The notes under the pieces: model-generated
The model's database searches: none
The model's input: the letters and a program-made list of their open reading frames with translations, nothing else
Told to the model about the DNA's origin: nothing
Source: Naegleria gruberi
Taxonomy: Eukaryota
Assembly: GCA_000004985.1 (NCBI GenBank)
Contig: GG738849.1
Length of the DNA stretch: 64,000 nucleotides
Strand: one strand, 5' to 3'
Shown here: positions 10,672-21,039 of the stretch, one piece after another
Layout: every line of letters starts with the position of its first letter
Position numbering within the stretch: the stretch's first letter is position 1
Program-made: the position numbers and the translations under genes

Positions 10672-11748
10672 TTATTGTTCCTTTTTGGCAATATCTCTGA
10701 ATTGTGAAATAATCTTGTTTTCTCTTTGACTTCTTTCTTGCTTTTGTAAAAGATCCAATCTCTTCTTTTCTTCTTGCATATATACTTCGTTTTCCTTCAT
10801 GATACGAATAGCATTCATTCTGGCGTGTCTGCTACCAGACATGACATAGCCCAAATCTTCATAATTTGTAATTTGATCACTTGTCAAACCAACTTCACCT
10901 CTTCTAGGAATACGCTTATTTTGTTGAATGAATTCAGCAATAGCTGCACCTTCACCTGGTAAGAGAGGAACTTCGTATTTAGTACTTTGGTCATTCATCA
11001 AATCAGATAATAATTTAGGTCCTGCAATTTCATCATCTTGCTTGCTCGAAGATTTATCCTTCTTCTTGCTCTTTTCCTTCTTTTCCTTTTTGTTCTTTTT
11101 TTCTTTCTTTTCCTTCTTTTTTCTTTCGAATTCTTTAAATTTATTCTCACGTTCTTCCCTTCTCAAAATATGAATCTTGTTAATTTCAATTAATTGATCA
11201 ACTGATGTAGGTTTGAGAATAAAATCCTTTTCATCTGTCCAAATTTCTTTGGCAACATCCTCAAGTGAATAAACTCCATCAGCTTGTTGTTTTTCCTCCT
11301 TTTTATCATCCCCAAGATCTAAATAATCTTCATCCTCTGGTGATTTCTTTTGTCTTTTTTGTTCAGTTTGACGTTCCTCAAGTTTTCTTTTCAATGTTTC
11401 ATTCATATCCTTCTTATTATCGTTTGATGAGTTGATCCTTCTATCATTGTATTCTCTTCTTTCCGATTTATAATTGTCCCTATCGTCTCTACTATCCCTA
11501 CTATCTCTATTATCCCTATTATCGTCATACAAACGTCTTTCCCTTGATCCACCATAATTATTATCCCTTCTACTATCATTTCTATCATATCTTGAATCCG
11601 ATCGTCTGTTTGGTGAGTACCTTCTCGATGATGATCCTCTATCATTCCGATACGAAGAATTATAATTGTCGGTTTTTCTATTGTCTGATGATGAAGACAA
11701 CGACCTGGAGGATGCACTATTCGATGATTGGTTTTCAACTTTGCTCAT
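10672..11748 (-). CDS. NKAP (NF-kappaB-activating protein) family protein
   Basis: N-terminal RS/RD-rich low-complexity region, a KEKKEKK repeat, and the conserved C-terminal NKAP/DUF926 block '…DLGYVMSGSRHARMNAIRIMKENEVYMQEEKKRL…'. Confidence 0.75.
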   Translation of the reverse strand: MSKVENQSSNSASSRSLSSSSDNRKTDNYNSSYRNDRGSSSRRYSPNRRSDSRYDRNDSRRDNNYGGSRERRLYDDNRDNRDSRDSRDDRDNYKSERREYNDRRINSSNDNKKDMNETLKRKLEERQTEQKRQKKSPEDEDYLDLGDDKKEEKQQADGVYSLEDVAKEIWTDEKDFILKPTSVDQLIEINKIHILRREERENKFKEFERKKKEKKEKKNKKEKKEKSKKKDKSSSKQDDEIAGPKLLSDLMNDQSTKYEVPLLPGEGAAIAEFIQQNKRIPRRGEVGLTSDQITNYEDLGYVMSGSRHARMNAIRIMKENEVYMQEEKKRLDLLQKQERSQRENKIISQFRDIAKKEQ

Positions 11749-12534
11749 TTTTTTTTATTTATTGCTTCCTGTTCATTCAAGAAGTCAATTAATTAAGTTC
11801 TCACACGATCAATTTATTTACAATATTTACAGAATGATGTTAATTTCAAGTCTCACTAGATGACATATAAATTATTCGAATGAATAATTAAACATTTGAG
11901 GTTCTATTGATTGGAATTTCACTTCCTTTTTGTTTGATATCAGATTCCTTGGAAAGATTTTCAACATTCTCACCTTCTCTTAATTTCTCCTTGTCCTTAC
12001 TACCAAGATTTGTAATAACATCTTTCTTTTCACTGGTATACTCTCCTCCAAGATTCTTTCCTTGGAGATTTTCTTGCTTCCAATCCTTTTCCTTATTCCA
12101 GTCTGATGATTTGTTTTCCATTTCTTTTGTTTCAAGTTGTTGTTTTTTAATTGATTTATAAAATGGTGTGGGTTTTATAGCATTTCCAAGATGTTTAGAA
12201 ATGGTTCATGTGAATTATGGAATTTGACTTGTTTTAGTTCAGCTTAAAAAACAGTCAACTAATTAAAACAATTTCCTAATGTATCATCAATGATAATAAC
12301 AATTCAGCTTATTGTAAAGGGTAGTTGCTCGGTCGCTCCATTAAAAATATAATAGTCACTCGCTTACCATTTAATTCTTGATTACTTGTCTCTTATCGTG
12401 GTGGAACCGTTTTGTAAATTTTAAAAAACTAACCGTTATAAAAATTTAAATAAATTTCTTTAAATTACGGTAGTTGAAATGAAAACAAATCATAAAAAAA
12501 CACCTCCAATCACTCCATACCACACCCATACAAC

Positions 12535-13041
12535 ATGAGCTCATCAGCCATCGTGACCAGTCCATCAAAGGCTGCCTCTAAACAAGCACCATCAAATGCT
12601 CAATCTACCACCAAACGTTTGCAATCCGAGTTGATGAATTTAATGATGTCCAAGACAGCTGGTATTACAGCCTTTCCGGAAGAAGGTAATATGCTCAAAT
12701 GGACAGGTACATTGAAAGGATGCGAAGGTACATGTTATGATGGACAATCGTACAAACTCTCCCTCTCCTTCTCTAATGACTATCCATTCAAGGTTCCAGT
12801 TGTAAAGTTTATCACACCAATCTACCATCCAAATGTAGATCAATTCGGAAACATTTGTTTGGATATCTTGAAGGATAAGTGGTCTGCCACATATAATGTT
12901 AGAACTATTCTCATTTCTATACAATCATTGATGAATGATCCAAATATTGAAGATCCATTGAATGGTGAAGCTGCTCAAAATTATGCTGACCCTGTCGAAT
13001 TTAAGAGATTGGTTGATTTGACCTATCAAAAGAAACAATAA
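12535..13041 (+). CDS. UBE2C: ubiquitin-conjugating enzyme E2 C (UBE2C/UbcH10-like)
   Basis: UBC fold with active-site 'HPNVDQFGNICLDILKDKW' and a UBE2C-like N-terminal extension. High similarity along the whole length to UBE2C (KRLQSELMNLMMS…). Confidence 0.9.
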   Translation: MSSSAIVTSPSKAASKQAPSNAQSTTKRLQSELMNLMMSKTAGITAFPEEGNMLKWTGTLKGCEGTCYDGQSYKLSLSFSNDYPFKVPVVKFITPIYHPNVDQFGNICLDILKDKWSATYNVRTILISIQSLMNDPNIEDPLNGEAAQNYADPVEFKRLVDLTYQKKQ

Positions 13042-13238
13042 GAAACTGAGGTGTTTCACTTTCCATTTTTACAAACATTTGTTAAAAACAAAAGATGAGC
13101 GTAATAGCAATACTCTTTAATGTACAAAATAAATCTAACTGAACAATTTCATGAATTTCTTTCCTATTGTTTTATTGTGTGATGCTGAAATCTTATAAAT
13201 AATATTGAATAAATTATTAATTAATAAATTTGAAAAAA

Positions 13239-14567
13239 ATGTTACAAGGAGAAAATGGAGCTGGGCAGCAATCATTACACGAAAAGGAAAAACAACGATC
13301 CAGATTAACTACACTGCTCCGACATTTATCACCAAATGTTTTCAAGGTGAAGGAATCAATTAATAATTTACAACAATCATCAAACTCTTCTCTGAACACT
13401 TCCGAATCATCCGAACGTGATAATCCTCAAGAAAATATTCAAAATGAAGAAGATATCATGTTACCAGTGAAGGCTCTCTTCCACAGCATGAAAAATCCAT
13501 CCAATAGAAATTCTCAACAAAATTTTGAAGAGTCTTTTCGTTCTTCTATGAATTCAATGCCCAATAGTGGATTATCAAAAGAGGAAATTAATAAGAAACA
13601 GAACAAGTGGAATATTGGATTTCCTGCAACTGATGTCAAAGCAACCCTATTCTCTCGGGAAATGGAAAGAGTTTACACAAGTACAAAACCACTCAATCCG
13701 AGAAGTGCATTAGTTGAACAGCCAAAGGGTGAACCACCAGATATTGATAAGGTTTTTGGAAGTAAGAAGGGTCAGGGTGGTCACGTTTGCATTGTTGGAC
13801 CAACTGGTTCAGGAAAGTCAACCATTGTGAGAGGTATTCTATGTGAAATGTCTGCTGAAAAGGCATTGGCAATTTATTCATTGGAATATCCTGTTGAAGT
13901 GAATTTACAAACCCACGGCTTGTTTAATGTTTGTCAAATTGATATGTTTCAAGAAATTCAAGGAAAACAAAGATCCCTTGCAGAAACAGCCAATAATTTA
14001 CTCAAACATGATCCAGATATTATCTATTTTGGTGAATTGAGACATAAGGTGGATTTTGAAACAGCAACCTCAATAGCTCTCAGTGGTGTTCAAGTTATCA
14101 GTACAGGACATGCTTCTTCACCAATCGATTTGTTGGAAAGACTAAAGTCAATGAATATTGATTTGAAAACTCAATTCAGAGCTTTCAAATGCATTATGGG
14201 AGTTAAGCGTGTCCCTATTTTATGTCCACATTGTAAGAGAAATATGGTAATTTATGGTAGAACTGATAATAGAGCACTCAAATTGCTGACCATGTATAGA
14301 GTTGTCACCACAGAAAAAGTGAATAGAAGAAAGGAAGTACCCGTAGTTTGCATGCCACCTGAACCATCGAATAGTAAGGGTCAGACATGTCCTCACTGTG
14401 TAAATGGCTACATCAGTAATCATACCATTTATGAGTTTTTATACATTACACCTGAATCTGATATGGAAACACTTCGTAAGAAGCATACTTACACAACAGA
14501 AGAAACCCTTCTGTCCCTCATTATGCAAGGTCAAGTCAATCCAATGTATTTACAGAACAGTGTTTAA
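13239..14567 (+). CDS. GspE/PilB-family type II/IV secretion ATPase homolog (bacterial-type), intronless, with divergent low-complexity N-terminal ~190 aa
   Basis: Real ATG at ~13239 (track ORF starts at an upstream TTG at 13230). Walker A 'HVCIVGPTGSGKST', Asp box 'DPDIIYFGELRHKVDFETA', His box 'ALSGVQVISTGHASSPIDLLERL', and a tetracysteine zinc motif 'LCPHCKR…(x~60)…TCPHCVNGY' are all collinear with bacterial GspE C-terminal ATPase domains. Flanked by intron-containing eukaryotic genes (UBE2C, AP-4 mu). Confidence 0.85.
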   Translation: MLQGENGAGQQSLHEKEKQRSRLTTLLRHLSPNVFKVKESINNLQQSSNSSLNTSESSERDNPQENIQNEEDIMLPVKALFHSMKNPSNRNSQQNFEESFRSSMNSMPNSGLSKEEINKKQNKWNIGFPATDVKATLFSREMERVYTSTKPLNPRSALVEQPKGEPPDIDKVFGSKKGQGGHVCIVGPTGSGKSTIVRGILCEMSAEKALAIYSLEYPVEVNLQTHGLFNVCQIDMFQEIQGKQRSLAETANNLLKHDPDIIYFGELRHKVDFETATSIALSGVQVISTGHASSPIDLLERLKSMNIDLKTQFRAFKCIMGVKRVPILCPHCKRNMVIYGRTDNRALKLLTMYRVVTTEKVNRRKEVPVVCMPPEPSNSKGQTCPHCVNGYISNHTIYEFLYITPESDMETLRKKHTYTTEETLLSLIMQGQVNPMYLQNSV

Positions 14568-14787
14568 GAATCGTTTCAATTGAGTTTTAATTTTTGGATT
14601 GTAGTTTCGCCACCTAATTGATGATGTCATGTAAGGAATGCAGCAATCATCTATGAACGAGGAAGAGGAGGGCTAACAAAATACTTGACAAAACCAAATG
14701 TAAAGAAGTCTTACGTAGATTCTTTTTCTTCGTCGACTGTTACATGAGTCACGATGACATAAAAACATCAATCATCCAATTAAAAAA

Positions 14788-16297
14788 ATGACCACCATCA
14801 CACACTTCTTTGTTCTCTCATCAAGAGGTGATAAAATTATAGCACGTAACTGTATGTACACTCACCACTAATATATCACCAACAATTATACTAAACACCA
14901 AAAATCACAGATCGTTATGATATTTTCGATGAAGTAGAGGATTTATTCTTCCGTAATGTTCGTAACGAAAGTATGGAAAACTATGGAAAGCCAATTTTCA
15001 ATCAACTAGGAATTAATTTCTTCCATGTTCGTAAATCAGGATTATATATTGTGTGTACAAGTAGAGAAAATTGTTCACCAATAACAATTTTTGAATTATT
15101 GGAACGTGCTTGTATTTTAATTAGAGATTTTACTGGTCAATTGAGTGAAGATTCGATTAGAAAGAATTTTGTAATGGTTTATGAATTATTGGATGAATTA
15201 TTCGATTGGGGAAAGGTTCAAACAACTCAAACCAACATTTTAACATATTGTATTCACAACGAACCGATTGAAACTGTTGATGTTCCGACTACAGCTGGTT
15301 TATTGAATTTAAGTTTTATTGATCCAAAAACTGTCAAATCAACAGCAAGTATGTATTTAATTGTGTTTTTTAATTTAACATTCTAACGTTAATTAATTGC
15401 AATTAATAATAATTGATGATTATTTTAAAATTATTATTGGAAACTTGATTTTTAAACACAGCTTGTTTGCCAATTCAAAAGAAGAATGATCAAATTTTCG
15501 TTGATGTTTTGGAACGTATAAATTGTGAAATGAATGCAGAGGGATCAGTTTTGCGTTCGGAAATTATTGGATCGATTGTTGTGAAGAGTTACTTGATGGG
15601 ATCTCCACTGATTCGTATTGCATTGAATCAAGATTTAGCTATTGGAACAGATACAAACACACCATACTCTGCCATTAGAGTTGATGCTTTGAATTTTAAT
15701 GAAATTATCAATAGAGAGGAATTTGAAATGGGTCGTCAATTGTCATTCTATCCACAAGATGGTGAAACTACTCTTCTTTCATATAGAGTTACCAACAATC
15801 ATCACGTCATTATGCCATTTAGAGTTTCACCTTACATTTCCAAATTCAATGAATATAAGATTGAGGCATCATTCAAAGTGAGATCTGACTTCCCTGCTTC
15901 TACATCTGCCACAGGAGTTTTTGTTCGTATTCCAGTACCAAAGAATGCCACATCATGTGGTGTAGTTATTGGAAATGATAAGGAAACTCAGCAATCGTAC
16001 GAATATAAGGAAAAGGATAAGGTTGTCATTTGGGGTATTAAGAAATTCCCAGGAGCTTCTGAACAATTTATCAAATTGAGAATTACTCTTCCTGAACCAA
16101 ATCGTATTGATGAGAGGAAGCTTATTGGGCCAGTCTCTATGAAATTTGAAATTCCAATGCACAATATGAGTGGTCTCCAATTGAGATATTTGAAAATTGG
16201 AAATGACAGTCTCAATAACGATAACAAGAACAAACAAAAACGTTGGGTTAGATATGTTACTCAAGCAGGTTCATACTGTGGAAGAGTTTCCATGTAA
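14788..16297 (+). CDS. AP-4 adaptor complex mu subunit (AP4M1-like), 3 exons
   Basis: join(14788..14851,14911..15348,15462..16297). Exon 1 'MTTITHFFVLSSRGDKIIARN' has a GTATGT donor at 14852. Intron 2 runs GTATGT(15349)…ACAG(15461). Phases are consistent with track ORFs 14973.. and 15467... Strong similarity to AP-4 mu (…HVRKSGLYIVCTSRENCSPITIFELLER…VMVYELLDE…; C-terminal …KWVRYVTQAGSY…). Confidence 0.85.
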
Positions 16298-16345
16298 ATT
16301 TCTCATCCTTCTCCTGAACTCTTTCTTTCATTCCAACAAGTAAAG

Positions 16346-17086
16346 ATGATTGAAAATTTGAAAAATAAAAAAAATAAATTTTTACGATTAAAAAAATATT
16401 CAACAACAAACATGCCTGCTCTTCCAAAGAAATTGTTGCAACAAAATCTTGTTGAAAAGTGGAAATTAGTGAAAGGAGATTTAGTTCAAATCACTACCGG
16501 AAAGGATGCCGGAAAGAGAGGTGTTATTAAAAAGGTTTTACGTGATAAGAATAGAGTTGTAGTTGATGGTTGTAATTTGGTTAAAAAGAATATTAAAAGA
16601 ACTGAAGAAAGAGCCGGTTATTCAATTATGAAGGAATCTCCACTTCATTGTAGTAATGTTGCATTGGTTTGTCCAGAAACTGATAAAGCCACTAAAGTTG
16701 CTTGGCGTTATATGGAAGATGGTACCAAAGTAAGAATGGCCAAGGAAAGTGGTTCTGTTATTCCAAAGCCTGAACCAAAGAAACGTGTCAAGAGACCAAG
16801 CAATCCATACAAAGATACAGACTCTGATGAAGTTATTAGAAAAACTTGGACTGATGAGGAACAACAACAATTGGTGAATTATTATCTTATCAAATTTGAA
16901 AAACAACATTTGAACCATCTCAAACAAGTTTCTCAAAATACTGAAAAGGCCGAAATGAAGAAGGAATTGGACGAAAAATTATTCCAAATGAGAGCATTGA
17001 AGAGAGCCAAGGAAATTATTGGCGAAGAACAACTTGCATCATCCATGTCGGAATTGAATTTGGAAGAAAAACCAACGAATTTATAA
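16346..17086 (+). CDS. mitochondrial ribosomal protein uL24m (MRPL24-like, KOW domain)
   Basis: '…LVKGDLVQITTGKDAGKRGVIKKVLRDKNRVVVDGCNLVKKNIK…SPLHCSNVALVCPETDKATKVAWRYMEDGTKVR' closely parallels MRPL24. Basic N-terminal presequence-like region. Confidence 0.75.
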   Translation: MIENLKNKKNKFLRLKKYSTTNMPALPKKLLQQNLVEKWKLVKGDLVQITTGKDAGKRGVIKKVLRDKNRVVVDGCNLVKKNIKRTEERAGYSIMKESPLHCSNVALVCPETDKATKVAWRYMEDGTKVRMAKESGSVIPKPEPKKRVKRPSNPYKDTDSDEVIRKTWTDEEQQQLVNYYLIKFEKQHLNHLKQVSQNTEKAEMKKELDEKLFQMRALKRAKEIIGEEQLASSMSELNLEEKPTNL

Positions 17087-17237
17087 ATTAGGAATTATTT
17101 CTAGGATGAAACTGTAGGAATGATCATTTGTGTGAAATCAATTTCTAATGGTAAACATTCTTTTTTGGCGTAAATTAAATTCACTCAACATTAACCATTA
17201 AAATATAATAAAAAATAAAAACAATACATTTTCGGAT

Positions 17238-18887
17238 TTATCTTGAGAAACTGTTACCAAATAAGTCAGCCATGTTACCAGGTCCTGAACTATTTACATC
17301 CCTTATCAATTCCATTTGCTTTTCCAATTGTTCTTTCATTTGAGGATATTTCTTAATGGTTCTTTCTAACAATGAAAGAGCATCCTTAGTTCTAGATTGA
17401 TGGTGCAAGAATGAACTGTAGGCAATATAGTGTTGGAATTCTGTTGGTTCCAAAGAGATGACTCGCTTAAATAAAAGATCTGAAACTTGTGGACTCTTTT
17501 CTTGCATGTACAGAGCCATACAGGCAATAATTTGAGTATCTTTACCCTTTGTCATGTCGAAGGCTCTTTCTAAGAGACTGATACTTTCATCAACTTGACC
17601 CATTCCATTTGATAAAATTGCACAATTCATATAAAACTTGGCCTTCTCATTTACATCCATATCCTTAATGATTTTTTTGATTGCATCCTCTGAGAGTGCC
17701 ATGGAGGCTGAGAGTGTAGATGAGTCAACAATGTAGGCTTCTTTGGATGGGGAATCCTTTTCAATTACTTTAATCACTTGATCAAAGAGTGATTTGGCAT
17801 CACGCTCTCTCTTGAATTGTTTTAAAAGATAACAAATTGTGTTAATCACATCAGAACCAGTAACTGTTTCATTATCTTGAGCATGATATCTGTAAGAAAT
17901 ATCAGCAATTTCCAAACTTAATCCATTGCCATCATTCTCGTATGGAATGTTAATTGTAGCTCCAAATGCTGGATCCTGAAGCAGTAATTCTTGCTTGTCA
18001 CTATTTCTGAATCCTTTCATGTAGGCATCCAAATTAGAAATCAATTCTTGACTGTATTCTTGTGGAACTTTAACATCCATTTCCTTAAAATCCACAATAT
18101 AATTTGGTTCCTCCACAAGTTTTAGTAACAATTCATCCAAAATTTGGAAAGTCTTTTCTCTATATTCCTCCGAGTGGTCACCCTTTCTTGAATAAAGCAT
18201 TGCCAATTCAATCATTGCTCCCAAATGATTGTGTGTTTTATACAAGTCAGTGAATAAATATTCAGCAGCTTGAAATCTAGAACTTTCTTCAGTTTCATGA
18301 CTGGAAAATATACGAGCAAGGTGAACCTTTGCATCAACAAAATATGGGTCAATTCTAATGGCTCTCATATATAATTCAGCTGCCGAGTCTGGTCTCTTTC
18401 CTTCTCTCTCAAAAAGTGAAGCAGCATTAAACAAAATGATTGGATCATTATTATAATTGAATTGAATACTTTGTAAAAAGTAAAAGAGAGCCTCCTTTGG
18501 TTTGTTTAATTGTTGAAGACAATAATATCCCAAGTTATTGTAGCATGATGCAAGATCCTTTTGTTCACCTTCATTCAATTCTGTAAGAAAGGAAGCATTT
18601 GGCTTTTCATCCTTTGCTTGTTGAACACGTGAAGAATATTCTTGAACACGTTGATGAATGGAACGAATAGTTTCCGGATCAATTTCTGAAGGTCTCGATG
18701 TATCCAAATTTAAATAATTTTGACAAAAGTTTCTTCTTGTACTAGTAGTATAATTTGATGAAACTAGTTTAAAAATATTATTGTAATGACGATGATGGTG
18801 ATTAAATTTCCGAGAGGATGAAAACCCTCCATTTTTAAAGAGTTTGAGAAGGGTTGTGCTCGAGGAACGTAAAAACATTTTTTTCAA
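17238..18887 (-). CDS. TPR-repeat protein with presequence-like basic N-terminus (549 aa), function unknown
   Basis: Multiple TPR-like helical pairs (…AAELYMRAIRIDPYFVDAKVHLARIF…; …LLERAFDMTKGKDTQIIACMALYMQ…). N-terminus 'MKKMFLRSSSTTLLKLFKNGGFSSSRKF' resembles a mitochondrial targeting peptide. Confidence 0.6.
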   Translation of the reverse strand: MKKMFLRSSSTTLLKLFKNGGFSSSRKFNHHHRHYNNIFKLVSSNYTTSTRRNFCQNYLNLDTSRPSEIDPETIRSIHQRVQEYSSRVQQAKDEKPNASFLTELNEGEQKDLASCYNNLGYYCLQQLNKPKEALFYFLQSIQFNYNNDPIILFNAASLFEREGKRPDSAAELYMRAIRIDPYFVDAKVHLARIFSSHETEESSRFQAAEYLFTDLYKTHNHLGAMIELAMLYSRKGDHSEEYREKTFQILDELLLKLVEEPNYIVDFKEMDVKVPQEYSQELISNLDAYMKGFRNSDKQELLLQDPAFGATINIPYENDGNGLSLEIADISYRYHAQDNETVTGSDVINTICYLLKQFKRERDAKSLFDQVIKVIEKDSPSKEAYIVDSSTLSASMALSEDAIKKIIKDMDVNEKAKFYMNCAILSNGMGQVDESISLLERAFDMTKGKDTQIIACMALYMQEKSPQVSDLLFKRVISLEPTEFQHYIAYSSFLHHQSRTKDALSLLERTIKKYPQMKEQLEKQMELIRDVNSSGPGNMADLFGNSFSR

Positions 18888-19192
18888 ATTTTTATTGAAT
18901 TCAATTTTAATATCAAAATAATTAAAAAACTGATTTTTTTGTTTTTATTAAAATTCTAGAAATATTTACATATTATTCAATTTAAAGTTATTTGGATTTT
19001 ACAATGTTCAGCGTTATTTCTGTAATGAAGGACGAAGATAATTAGAATTGCTCAATCTCTTTCTAAATAACATTTTCGATCAAGAATGGACATTTTTCGA
19101 AATCCTCCCCGAGTCTTGAAACAATTTTATCAATTCACAAAATGCAGTCTAAATAAGGTCAAATACTCGCATGACCTTTTTCAAAAGTTAAA

Positions 19193-19474
19193 ATGGAAAA
19201 AATGCAACAACTCCAAATGCCAAAGGATCCACTTGTTCAACACGAAAAGCTAGAAGATTGTGTACTGCCCAATCTCTCCATACTGACACCCATCAATAGA
19301 GTTATAATATGTAAAGCTCTTCTAGAAGATAATGAGGCTGTTTTACAAATTTTAGAAAAGAAGAATGATTTATTTCAGAATATAAATCGATCAACAGTTT
19401 CAAAACTGAAAGAACGATTTGATTGTAATTCGATTCTGATACAGAATTTAATTCAGTCAATCATTAAAATGTAA
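19193..19474 (+). CDS. possible small protein (93 aa), hypothetical
   Basis: Non-repetitive ORF in a 750-bp gap between two genes. No homology recognised. Confidence 0.3.
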   Translation: MEKMQQLQMPKDPLVQHEKLEDCVLPNLSILTPINRVIICKALLEDNEAVLQILEKKNDLFQNINRSTVSKLKERFDCNSILIQNLIQSIIKM

Positions 19475-19637
19475 AAACAAACTCTAAACGTGTAAATAGT
19501 AATTTTGTAAAATAAAACTCTCGAGGTATTATCTAATCCAATCTATACATAACCTCTGTACTTTTCTTGTCCATTATCCTACTGTTGATCATTTCAACCA
19601 TGATAAATCTCACCTCTCAATATCCAAACACAAAAAA

Positions 19638-20951
19638 ATGAGAGAACAAGAACCATCACGGACGAAAATTGTCAATCGTTCGCTTGTTGGTGATGTTAAT
19701 ATTGTTCCAGCTGGAAGTGTTGGTGATGGATCAACATCACGATCATCATCAAATATTATAGGAAAATTCGGAATTGAAAATCGAGTGTATTGGAAACAAA
19801 ATATTCTATTTATTTTATTGATTTCTTTATTTATTATTTTACTAGTTGGTAATTCGCTAGTAGTGAATGCACAAATGCCACCCAATAGAGTGATTGAAAC
19901 AGATGATGGAGTTTATGAAGTTGGAGGTTCACATCAAAATGACAATTCAGAATTTCCAATGCAACCTGATCCTCTGCCTTCCGAATCAGTGGAAGAGGGA
20001 GCCTTCTCTTCTGCCATTCACTCTTATATTAAAGAGGTAGTTGATTTTGTCAATTATTATGATTCGGATAAGTGGTGGGAAGTTGTAGTGGTCGTCTTTA
20101 CCAATTCTTTTGCACTTCCTCTCATGTACTTGTGCTATAAAATCAATACACCACATGCTGTAGTTATTGCTATAGGAACATGTATCACAAGTACATTCTA
20201 TCATACAGGAGATACGTTACAAGTTTTAATTTTTGGAATGGATCACGGAAGATGGCATAGATTGGATAATATTTTCATTATTCTTAGTTTGCAACAATTA
20301 TTCTTCCATTTGTGTTCTGTCTGTCCACCAAATACTTTGTCATGGGCTGACACTCCAAATAGGAAACAAAATAATTATGAGAAACAAATATTCTATTCAT
20401 GGTGCTCTCCACAGGAAGCAGAATATGACATGGCAACCAATGGAGAAAGTGACAGTGACATTGAACAAGATCCAGAAATGAATTACAAACCATCTGCACA
20501 CAAATCTAAAAGAGTCAAGGATGAAGCAAGAAGAATTCTCTATAGAGAGAGTAAGCTTTATGAATGGATGCAGTGGTTCTCCCTCTTTTTTGCTTTAATT
20601 TGTCAAGAAAAGGCACCATGGGTTGAGTTTTACACCTTTCTTCCAATTATTTTACCTGCATCCATTGTTCTCATTAGAAGAGTTTTCTTTATGGATGCCT
20701 TCCTTAAGCCACGTTATCACACGAAATGGATTGTGACAGGTTTATTATTCTTAATGGCTGGTCTCTTTTGTTTCGTCAGAGGATTGGACGATAAGGCAGA
20801 CTATTTGAGAATGTTCCATGGATCTTGGCACTTGTTTGGTAGTTTAGGTTTCTATGCACTCTTCAAATCCAAGAAACCATTGGATTTAGTAGAATTCAGA
20901 AAGGGAGTACTCGACCACTTGAACAAACAAAATAAGAAGAAGGTGAAATAA
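19638..20951 (+). CDS. multi-pass membrane protein (about 7-8 TM segments), hypothetical
   Basis: Alternating hydrophobic helices with a hydrophilic acidic loop in the middle, conserved-looking His/Asp residues in helices (…YHTGDTLQVLIFGMDHGRWHRLDN…), and a KK-rich C-terminus. Confidence 0.55.
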   Translation: MREQEPSRTKIVNRSLVGDVNIVPAGSVGDGSTSRSSSNIIGKFGIENRVYWKQNILFILLISLFIILLVGNSLVVNAQMPPNRVIETDDGVYEVGGSHQNDNSEFPMQPDPLPSESVEEGAFSSAIHSYIKEVVDFVNYYDSDKWWEVVVVVFTNSFALPLMYLCYKINTPHAVVIAIGTCITSTFYHTGDTLQVLIFGMDHGRWHRLDNIFIILSLQQLFFHLCSVCPPNTLSWADTPNRKQNNYEKQIFYSWCSPQEAEYDMATNGESDSDIEQDPEMNYKPSAHKSKRVKDEARRILYRESKLYEWMQWFSLFFALICQEKAPWVEFYTFLPIILPASIVLIRRVFFMDAFLKPRYHTKWIVTGLLFLMAGLFCFVRGLDDKADYLRMFHGSWHLFGSLGFYALFKSKKPLDLVEFRKGVLDHLNKQNKKKVK

Positions 20952-21039
20952 ACTTTGTTTTCTATTCAGTTGAGAGGTTTGTTGTTTCCCGCCAATTGGT
21001 TACAGTCAGTAATTTTCAAAAATACTACAAACAAAAAAA

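Noticed and set aside
11888-12121. 77-aa minus-strand ORF (K/E-rich) between NKAP and UBE2C
   Set aside because: It is short and lysine/glutamate-rich, like chance ORFs in A-rich DNA. It overlaps an equally long plus-strand ORF and lies in the 3' flank or promoter region of neighbouring genes.
13239-14567. Possibility that the GspE-like ORF is bacterial contamination or a mis-assembly
   Set aside because: Its codon usage and AT content match the neighbours. It is flanked within 200-250 bp on both sides by eukaryotic genes, one of them spliced (AP-4 mu). Its N-terminal ~190 aa is eukaryote-style low-complexity sequence. A recent unassimilated HGT cannot be excluded from sequence alone.
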